Shown in pieces: positions 12,310 to 22,224 of a stretch of DNA of 64,000 nt. This DNA comes from Takakia lepidozioides (Eukaryota > Plantae > Bryophyta). The notes under the pieces are model-generated. The model was not told the origin of the DNA, made no database searches, and was given only the letters and a program-made list of their open reading frames with translations. Made by a program: the position numbers and the translations under genes. The stretch spans positions 64,976,001 to 65,040,000 of the forward strand of contig CM060732.1 in assembly GCA_030704615.1 (NCBI GenBank), written 5' to 3'. Numbering within the stretch: the first letter of the stretch is position 1; each line of letters starts with the position of its first letter.

Positions 12310-14523
12310 ACATTGTCTATAGTAGTTGTAGCAATGTTGTGCACCTGCAGTCTGAAATCATTCATCTCCTCCTGGTTGAGCTTTGAAGGTGGTTCCCTTC
12401 CACTGGCCCTTGTGCTAATCAGACTTTCAAAAAATGGTCATCCACCTTGTCCTGTGTAGCACCTCTGAGATTCTGCTCCTCCTTGAATATGTAGGCATCT
12501 AACTGCTGTTGCAATCCCTGCATGCGCTTCGCATGAGGTTCAACTAAGCTGGCATAAGTAGCAGCCAGATTATTGGCTTCCCTTGCTGCCTTGTTAGCCA
12601 CAGAGAGTTGATTCCTATTTGCCATTACTGTGTGTTGCAACTCCATGATGTACTTCTCTTGGTTTGTTTCAACCTGTTTGTATTGCTGCAAAGCACCCTC
12701 GTTGCGACATATTGTATCTTTTAGGTCCACAATGAGTTTGGCTTGCTTCACTACCTCAGTTTCTGCCATTACACATCTCTCCCTCTGCTTGTTGGCTTCT
12801 GTTAGGCTTGCTCTAGAACATTTGTGAGTGTAGCACATTGCACTGTCATCCTTTGCTGTACTACCTCCAACTCTGCATGTTGTACCTTCACTCCTTGCAT
12901 CTCATCCTCATGCTTGGTCTGTAATTGGAATAATTGCTGCCTATGTGTCTCCTGCATCTGGTCTTGCTCTAGACCCCCCTCAATCAATTGCTCCTTAGCG
13001 AATTGCAAAGCAGCCCTTGTTTCCCCTAACTCATGTTGTAACTTCAGATGAACTTCCTCATCAATCTTGTTAACACACTGAGTGGCCAACCAAGCTTCAA
13101 ACTCTTTTCTGAGCTCCTCTTTCACAGCTTCCAATTGAGTTAATGGAACATGGGACTTCACATAAGTTCCCAACAAATTCAGGGTTCTGTTTATGGAATT
13201 CATAAGCATAGCCTGTTGAGGGTCATCATGGAGAACCTGTGGCTGTTCACCCCCATCTTCCATAGGATGATGCCTCACAAACCACTCAGGCCACTGCTTG
13301 ACCAGATCCTCTTTCTCAACCCCCTTCTTCTCCACAGGTGCTGCTGTGTCATGTTGTTCTACTTCTGGAACCTCCTCCACAGGTGTGGGTAATACATGCA
13401 CAGTAGGGCTTTCCCTGTACAGACTTTGCACTTCCGATACCACTGTTTCCCTGACCAAGCTAGAGTTTTCATAGAGAAGGTCCCCCTTCTCAATTTCTGC
13501 CACCACCTGTTCTGTAATGGGTATATCTAACCCTTCTTTCTCCAAATCAATAATTTGTGGTGGAACTGCATGGACAACTTTAGGTAACTTTGAGACAAGC
13601 CGATCATCTGGCTGTGATGGCTGTGCTACTGAAGTAACCTCCTGTTCTCTCTCCACAGGTTGTGTTGTCTGTAACCACCTCTCTTTGTGCTGCTGTGCCC
13701 CCTCTTGCACAAGAGTATGAGTAACTTCTTCCTCCGGCTGTCTCGTAGCCAATGGTTCTGCTTCTAATGTGATCCCTTTCCTCTGCCTCTTAGGCTGTTG
13801 ATGCTCTGCCAATCCCCCTTCACCCTGTGAAGAACCTTGTTCTTCTATGGCAGTGGTTGCTGTCTCAAACACTCCCATCTCCTTCCTTTCTCTCGCATCA
13901 ACTATGCACGAGTCCAGAATAATTTGTGCAATGATTGGCCCAGACACTATGATAGGAGACTTTGCGGCAGTGACTTGTAATCTCTTCATCTCCTCTACCA
14001 GTCCGTTGTACATTATATCCGCCCATGCTACCCCTTCTCCTCTCAGGGCTTTGAGTATTTCCTCTGTGAAGGATTTGCTCAAATACTGTTGGTTCTGTTT
14101 CATAGCAAACAGAACGTTAAGTATTTTACCTACCTCCCTGAGCCCTGGGTATACGGCCTTGGTACAAGCAAAACCCTGAGTTTTAAAGAAACCCCCTTCT
14201 TGGAATAAGTCCTTTATCTGAAGTCTGACCCTGTGCTCCTCCACATGCACCTGACCTGATGGCAATTCAAACAATTGCTGTAGGTATAGGGGAGTAATTT
14301 CTAATTCAACTCCTTTCACCCTAGTTGCTCCTGTCCTAGGCTCAAAGTTTTGCAAGAATTGTAACATGTACTGCCTATGGTGCAATGTCCAATCTTTGCT
14401 TTGCAATCCTTCTAATCGCAGCTCCTTCAGTAACTGTACCGCCTGTGGAGTAGCAATCGTTTGCTTCTGCAGGATTGTTGTGCTCTTCACCCTGATGTCC
14501 TCCATTCCTCTCACTCTCTTCAT
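12310..14523 (-). pseudogene. Long coiled-coil ORF of an unidentified mobile element (resembles the extra ORFs of plant gypsy elements); continues at 175-611
   Basis: 573-aa ORF plus frameshifted continuation. N-terminal FLQNF…VKGVELEITP…LFELPSG…VAWADIMY resembles plant transposon accessory proteins. The frame resumes left of copy 1. Confidence 0.55.
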
Positions 14524-15217
14524 TCTAGAGAAACAGAAAGGTTGTGGCTATAACAACTGAAGAAATGCCTGCAGGGCACAAAGTATAAAGGTATGATTTC
14601 CACAGAATGATATGGGTAAGTTCTCGTAAGCCTGCGGGGCTTGCAAGTACCGATTTAGAGAAAAGGTACTCCCTGTTCGCCCATCCCTGTGCCACTGCGT
14701 AAGTAGTATCGCAAGCGTATAGTCTGTTAGTTCCTCCATAGCTTCAAAGCTATAGCATTGATGGTCTGTCCCGTCGAGACGCCCGTTACTTGGAACGACG
14801 CCGACTCTTGCGCTTAAAATCCTTTCAATTTCTTGATCCTGCTTCTCGTTTATGATTGACTGTAACCGCTGTGACTGGATTTTAAATTTAATTTTCTTTA
14901 GTGGACTTTCCCTACTGGACTGTCCACTAGGATAACACACGTGACAAGGATTTTGCTTTTCTATACTTGCCAAGTGTTCCGTTCCTTTTTTCCCGTATGC
15001 ATTAATGGGCCCGCCATTCTTCTGAATTGACGTGCTAGGTAGGTACTTTGACGACCATTCTTGCCCTCTCTCTTGATGACACCTGTTCTTGCACTTCCTT
15101 CTCAGCTGTGTGTCTCGCCCTGACTTCCACGTGTCCATTTCTAAACTGGTCTCCGTCCTTTCTTCCGCCGGCCATTTCCCTGACGTTATCCTGCGTCCAC
15201 CTATCACTGATCCTATG

Positions 15218-15338
15218 GACTGTGTAATTCTGGTAGGCTGTGTTAGACTGTGACAGGCTGTGCCGCACTGTGATAGGCTGTGCGCAACTGTGTGATACTG
15301 TGCTGGGCTGTGATAGGCTGTGTGACCCTGTGGGACAT
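15218..15338. repeat. Array of ~10-bp-period CTGTG repeats, probably subterminal to the element containing 12310-14523
   Basis: CTGTG recurs every ~10 bp and ends …GGGACA, exactly where the older gypsy pol frame begins. Confidence 0.65.
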
Positions 15339-15559
15339 GAGATCGTGGTTCCCTTGAAAGCAGTGAAAATCAAGGCTGGGTCTGCTACAGCCAATCTATC
15401 CAGAGTCCAGGCCATGGTCAAAGAGGTACAACAAAACTCTCACTTCACCCTCAATCGAAATGATTTTTACAAGTTTTAGCCTGATCTTCAACTCTTACAA
15501 TCAATGGCATGTTCCTAGTACTGGTGGTAAAACATGGATGCCCATAGCTGTTCCAAGGA

Positions 15560-15815
15560 ATTCTACCCTGATTCGTGGACCTCTCAACATAATCATCCCA
15601 GAAAGTGGTCAAATCTGGCTTGACCTTCATCTGTCCAGCTGCTCACTTCCTGGAAGTTGAAGGCTAGAGGAGACTGACTGCCCTCAAACATTGCCTAGTT
15701 GCCACAGGTGTAATAGATAGGGGATATAGGCAAGAAATCAAGATTCTAATTGCTAATCCTGAGCGCTTCCCTGTGACCATTAAGAAAGGGCAGGTCCTGG
15801 CTCACATCACTGCCT
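15560..15815 (+). pseudogene. dUTPase-like domain upstream of RT
   Basis: VATGVIDRGYRQEIKILIANP…VTIKKGQVLAHI resembles dUTPase motifs III and IV (G.ID.DYRGE…I.KG.RIAQ). Confidence 0.65.
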
Positions 15816-18465
15816 TACCCATTGCTGAAATAAAAGAGATGCAAGCTGGCTTTGGACTAGAGGCCATATGCAAACAACATGGCCCCTTGGATGATGTTGT
15901 TGTCTTTGCTGCAATTGCACCACCACATGTCCCTGATCTTAGTCCTGAAGGTAAGAAAACCCTCACCAAAGTGCTATCTGAAATTAAGTTGGGTATCACC
16001 CTCTCCTCAGGGCAAAGAAAGAGAGTTGAGATGCTTATTGCAAAAAATCTAGATGTCTTCAACTTGGGGTCCACTGATTTAGGACGCACTCCCATCCTTC
16101 AACGTGACATTGTTACAGAAGGATCTCCTATCAAAAAAATTGCTTACCGAGAGAGTGTCAAAGAACGTGCTATAGTCCAAGAGGAAGTCAAGAAAATGCT
16201 TGATGCTGGTGTGATTAAGCCATCAGTTTCTTCTTGGGCTAGTCCAATTGTCCTGGCTGGAAAGAAAGATGGCACCACCCGCTTTTGTGTTGACTTCAGG
16301 AAACTGAATGAATCACTAAAAAGGATGTCTACCCTCTGCCTATGATCAATGAGACCTTGGATTGCATGGTGCTACAATTTTCTCCTCTCTTGATCATGCA
16401 TCTAGTTTTTGGCAAGTTCCTCTAACTGAAGCAGCCAAGAAAAAGACCTCGTTTGTGTGTCGCATGGGCAAATACCAATATAAGACCATGCCATTTGGTT
16501 TATGCAATGCCACCTCAACCTTCTCACGCCTCATGGACATTGTCTTGGGGAAATCTTCGCTGGGAATGTGCCTTAATTTATGTAGATGATATCAATGTGT
16601 ATTCAGCCAGTTTTGATGCCCACTTGACTGACCTGCAGCAAATTGCGTACTGCAGGCCTCAAAGTGAAGCCAAAGAAGTGTGAACTATTCATGCCTGAGC
16701 TACACTTTCTTGGTCATGTCCTCTCCAAGGATGGTTTGCTTCTTGATCCTGCAAAGCTTGAGTCTGTTTGGGGCTTTCCTATTCCCAGGGATAAACATTG
16801 TATCAAATCCTTCCTGGGTCTGGCTTTTTATTATAGGCGCTTCATTAACAACTTTGCCAAGCTTGTCCACCCTCTAACCAAGGTGTTGTGCAAAGATGCC
16901 AGGTTTGAATGGACCTTCTCCCAAGGCTGCCTTTGACATCCTTCGCAAGGCTTTGTGTTCAGTTCCCATCCTGATGTTTCCCAACTTTGAATTACCTTTC
17001 TTGCTTCAGACTGATGCATCAGATGTTGCCATCTCTGCAATCTTATGTCAAGTTGTAGAAGGCAAGAAGCATATAATAGCTTATGCATCTCGCCGTCTTG
17101 ATCGTCATGAAAGGAACTATTCTATATCTGACAAGGAGGGTCCGCCTTAGTATTTGGTGTGAAGCATTTTAGGCAATATTTGCATGGTAGCCGGTTTGTG
17201 GTAGAAACTGATCATCTTTCACTTGAGGCCCTTATTAAGCCAAGGGAACTTCATGGAAGACTTACTCGATGGGCTATGTACCTGCAGGAATTTGACATGG
17301 ATATAGTATACAAGAAAGGCAAGGAGAACACAAATACTGATGCACTCACACAGGTTGATCATCTTGTCAGCAGGCCTATGCTCACCTTGGATGACCTTGT
17401 TGCTGCTGATGTAGCCCCTTCTCCTGATCTTGCCCCTCTTCTCAACCTTCTTTGTGCTAATCAGCACCCCTTGGCCTTTGGATTCACATGGCATATTGGC
17501 TGCTTGGGGCTAGTCTAGCCTTCTTGATGATCCTGGTTCATTTATTTGTGTGTTAGTATGTGTGGTGGATCTATCGCTTAGAGAGAATTCGAATGGTTTG
17601 GTAGAAGTTCCTTGTTGTGTTTCAGCTCTTCTCTATCCTAGGTCCCTGAGTTTGTTGTGATTCAGCTGATGTACCGGTGTGACTATTGGCTTGAGCCTCA
17701 AGGCCTGATTTGGCTGTCCATGAGTAGTAACAAATGAGGTGAAGGTATCCATGGCTGGAGATCATAGATGCAGACACTCCAGACCACCTTCTCTAAAACC
17801 CATTGTCTACCTCTTATGTGCAGTGCAATCATGGATGATTAGCTATATGCTGCGCTACTCCAGTGATGCCAATCAGGGCGTTCGTCAGTTGGGCTTTTCG
17901 AGTCCTTGCGTAAACAAATTCTCTATCATGTGTCTACTCACCGTTTCATGGGTGATAAGCTTTTCAAGGAGCTCACTAGAGGGGGAGTGCCATGCTACTT
18001 GGAGGTGCCACCACGGAGCCAACTGAATGTTTTATTGGAGCGTTTCCATTGTTCCTTGTATGCAGGTCATCTTGGTATCAAGAAAACTGTGGCCCGTATC
18101 CAAGAGGTATACTATTGGCTGGGAATTCACCGAGACGTCATGGAATTCATCTCTAAGTGTAAATTAGGTTGTCGTGCTAACATTGCTCTTCCTAGGGCCC
18201 GGATCTTATATGAGCTGCAGCTTTTGCTTGTCACCCATGCTTTTGCTCGTGTTGGCATTGACTTAGTAGGACCCCTCGCACTCACATCAAAGGGTCGAAG
18301 CTACCTTTGTGTTGCTACCGACTACTTGACTAAGTGGGTAGAAGTCCGGCCTTTACGTTCCAAGGCTAGTGATGCTGTAGCTTAGTTCTTCTTCAATGAG
18401 ATCCTTATGCGGCATGGGTGTCCTCGGGAGATACTTACGGATCAGGGCAAGGAGTTTTGTAACCA

Positions 18466-18821
18466 TGTCAAGTTAAATAAGCACAGTGTGAAACTAGCTA
18501 GAATAAAGCTAGTTATTTGTATTTAACACTTGGATTTTGGTCAAGTGTTAAATCAGGTGTCAAGTTTAGTTTGACACCTGACCCATCTTATCTTCACGAG
18601 AGCGGGAGTCGCGCAGCTCATCTCTCTCGAGTTGAGCCTGCGCGACCGAGCTCCTGCATCATTTAGGACTGACTGTGCTCATGATGGGAGTGTAGGTTGT
18701 TGTGGGGTGGAGTCCCCACAGCTTGGGGTGCCCCTGGCTCGACTTCTGTTTTAAAGAGTGATAGTGATGGATTTCATATTTCTTGTGTTGGGAGTGTGTG
18801 TCCTTTCTAGCTTGTTTATCA
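18466..18821 (+). repeat. Repeat A1 of copy 2
   Basis: Copy of 29206-29559 (about 6 substitutions, mostly CG transitions, plus 1 indel); ends TTTATCA. Confidence 0.95.
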
Positions 18822-18835
18822 CTCGAGAGAGATGA
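18821..18835 (+). other. Self-priming PBS of copy 2
   Basis: ACTCGAGAGAGATGA is the exact reverse complement of 18618-18632 in A1. Confidence 0.85.
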
Positions 18836-19019
18836 AACTGTATCTAGTTTTCTAGTGCTAAGCTAGATGTGACGTTCTTGTTTTTAAGCACTATTATAAT
18901 ATAGCTTGGTTACGAGAGCCTGCAGTTAGACTGGCTATGTGTGCCTAGTGGAGCATAACAGGAAGACGGGAAACACTTGAAGTGTCGCTGCAGCAGTTCA
19001 AAGCTAATAATATTCTCGT

Positions 19020-19245
19020 CTTCCTGGCAGGCACTGCAGCAGGCTGTCTGCCTTGTCCTGAAAGTGTGGGGGGCCTGTCCTCATCAACAGCTGCAGCATA
19101 GGAATGGCTTCTGCCGCTACCATGGCTTGTGCTTTTCCCACCTCGGCAGGACTGGAGGACCAGGCTTGACGTAGTAGGAACAAAGCCTCAAGTGCTGCTT
19201 CCTGTGCTCCTTCATTGCCAGCCTCTAGTGCACCCACCAGCTGCG
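19020..19245 (-). pseudogene. CSI1: Captured fragment of CELLULOSE SYNTHASE INTERACTIVE 1-like ARM protein
   Basis: [60 protein letters not shown] matches the CSI1 region just before its C2 domain. Confidence 0.8.
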
Positions 19246-19452
19246 CGGACCTGCTCTAGTTACGCACAAACCTGTTCGGCATCTTTGATTTTGGACATGC
19301 CTGTATATTGCTCATTGTGTGGCTTCAGATTGAGCCCACCGTGACTTGCAAGCACTCTCCCATGAATGAGCCTGTCCAAGCTTTTATGCACTTGGAGTTT
19401 CTCGCATGAATGTGTCAATGTGCAGCGGCGGTGAGAGAGGAAGGCACGAGCC

Positions 19453-19775
19453 ATGCCGGCAGGTCATGGATTGCGATCGCGCACCAGGGATCTGTTCTCG
19501 CGGCCATTCAGGCAGAAGGGGTACATTCACTTGACCACGTATCTGAGAAACTACAGGATTGGAGATTATGTGGACATCAAGGTGAATGGCGCTGTGCACA
19601 AGGGCATGCCCCACAAGTTCTACCATGGCCGCACTGGTATCGTCTGGAATGTCACCAAGCGGGCTGTTGGTGTAGTTGTTAACAAGCAGGTTGGTCCCAG
19701 GATCATTCGGAAGCGCATCCATGTGCGCGTCGAGCATGTCCAGCCGTCCTGCTGCCGTGAAGGAGTTTGTCCGCG
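19453..19775 (+). pseudogene. RPL21: Captured, 3'-truncated, intronless 60S ribosomal protein L21
   Basis: [19 protein letters not shown]…[12 protein letters not shown]…[13 protein letters not shown]. Confidence 0.93.
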
Positions 19776-20953
19776 CCACAACAGTGGCGCTTACTGCCGG
19801 TATTGTAGGTTTTTTTGTTCCTCCTAAGTAGGGCATGAAAACACCATGTTCTAAGGTTTCTCCTAGTGCATTGAAGCTACTTGGCAGGGTTGGCTTGTTC
19901 TGAGGAGGCTGGTTGCTGAGCCGCATTTTGTTGGTTTTCTGAGACCACTCCAAGCTCGCAGCTTATAGATATAAGCAGCACGCCTTTTGCTCCATGGGTA
20001 GATCTATGGTCGCCCGAAGTGTTTCAACATTCTATTGCCTATGGGATTGTAGGCAGAAATCCAAAAACCAAAAATAGAGACGAGGAGAAGCTCTGGATTC
20101 ATGATGCAACTGGCAGGTGGATGTCACTGCAGAGGTGAGAAAAATACTGATGGCCAGTGGAAGGGAGCAGGTCACTGCTGCGTTGAGGGTTGCAAAAGGG
20201 TGTGCACCTTCATTGTAGATAAACGAGGCGCTTTGGACCCTTTAACGAGGCTTGGAGTTGGACGTTTTGAAGCTGGTTCCATGTCCAGCGCATGCTGTTG
20301 GAGCACCTGGTAGCCCATCCACAATTGCAGTGGGGGCTGAGAGCTGGTGCCTTCGAGGATTCAGTGGTTCGGAGTACGAGCTGCCTTTGTTGCTATTGAT
20401 GGTGCTGGAGAATCGCTTGAGACAAGGGCCTGCGGGTACAAGCCCTGCTGGTGTGAGAGCTGCTGCAGGCATTAGAGTCGGGCAGTAGAGTCGGCTATTG
20501 GTGAGACGAGATAGAAGCACTTTGGGTCTTCAATCCTGAGTGCCTCAGTACTTGAGCGTTGTCGGCACCAGCTTGATTTTGCATAGACCTGGAGGGGAAC
20601 GGCCTTGGGAACCTGTAGAGAACCAAAGAACAGGGAACCAAGACAAGTATTGAAAAAGAAAAAGAAAAAGGAGTTTTTAAAAGGGAAAAGAAAAGAAAAA
20701 GGTGTTATGTTTAAAGAGCCTGGTTGGTCATATCTTTGTCAAATGAGCTCCGTTTGACTCAGTTTTTGAGGGGATAGCTGCAGAAAGGGGATATCTACCT
20801 ATCTAGACCTGGTTTTTTTTGTTTTGTTTTTGGGACTCTGCTAAAAATCTATGGAATTTTTAGAGTGTGAATGTGCCATGAAAGATCCACAATCCTGTTT
20901 CTAGAACCTGTTCTGGTCTACATGAGAGATAAATCTGGGGATGTACTCCTTGT

Positions 20954-21703
20954 ATGGCTGGGGGAAATGAGGACGTGATTGAAGGGCAGGTCTCTTCTCT
21001 TAGCCTGTGCACCAAAGGGGACAAGATTTATGTTTCCCAAGGAACTCAGACTGATTTGAGTGGAGAACAGTTGGACGAGTTGATTGCATACTGGGAGTCA
21101 GGCATTAGTAGTGGACAACAAACTGCTGTAGTTGGCGTTGAGGGCCTCAATATCGCCTTGGACAGTCAGAACTCTGTTGGAGCCAGCAGTTCTGCAGCTG
21201 TAGCTGAAATACCAAAGTGGGTGAAAGCTAGGCTTGGAACACAGCCAAAGACAGCCCCGGGGACCAAGGTGTTCAGCCACAAGGCCGTGGTGTACTGGAG
21301 CTGAGGAGCAGGAGCTACACAAGTTTGTGCAATCAGACATGGTTGCAGCCGGATACGCTCTGCACAGGGCAACCACGAGCGGGGGTTCATCAGCAATGAC
21401 ATGTTTGTTGTGCGTGAAGGAGATGCAGTCATTCGCAATGAGGACACCCGCAACCGTCTCAAAGCTTTCGAGTTGAGAGACTATCAGACCCTACCTTTGT
21501 TTTCTTTAGTATTCAGTGAGCGGGAGATATGGGAGTATTGCTTTGTCTCTACCTGGCAGAAAGAGGAGGAGGGTTGGTTAGAGCGAGCTACTGTAGCTTG
21601 GGACAAGGTTAGTGGCAGGTTTCTGGACATAGATATACCTCCTACACCTTACCATCATGCAGAGCGAGGCACTTTGAGAGAAGTCTGGCAGTTGATAGCA
21701 TAG
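20954..21703 (+). pseudogene. Extra ORF upstream of gag (unknown function), copy 2
   Basis: Three overlapping frames (MAGGNED…, …ELHKFVQSDM…, MFVVREGD…WQLIA); conserved in copy 1. Confidence 0.5.
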
Positions 21704-22224
21704 ATCAAGATTAGATCTTGTTTGGTCGGGCTTCTATTCTTCCCCTCCATCTCTGTACTATTTTCATTACCTTGTACTTGTAGTTGCCAAAGCCTCTCTT
21801 GGTGGAGGCCAGTCAGTTCGGGGTTTTGGGCTGGAATATTCTGCAGGATCAGCATTGCAGCTGGATTTTGGTGTGGGGGTGTTGATGTTTTGATTTCTTG
21901 TGTTTGGATCCCCCCCAACACTTGCATGCTTGACTGTGCGCCATGTTGGTTTTGTGTGGGCGCTTGCTTTCATAGGGATTAGGCCGGATTTGATCACCGG
22001 TCAATCCTAGAGTATGCTGTCGGTGGTGAGGCTGGAGTGATGACCAGCAAGACCACCCGTGTTTCTTCTATGGTGAGGCTGGGTTGATGACCAGCCAACC
22101 ATAGGAGTTCTTGCGGTGGATGCAGGTGCAGGTGCCCTGAGCCACTGGGAATATGACCCTTAAACTGCAACAGGTGCCTACCCGTGTCACTATTAGAATT
22201 AGTAATAGAGCCTTATAGTGTCAC

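Noticed and set aside
15218-15338. CRISPR-like array (also 42950-44070 and 57841-57940)
   Set aside because: No unique spacers, degenerate tandem units, eukaryotic context and no cas genes.
19453-19827. Functional RPL21 gene
   Set aside because: Truncated and frameshifted after about 105 codons, and embedded in retroelement cargo.
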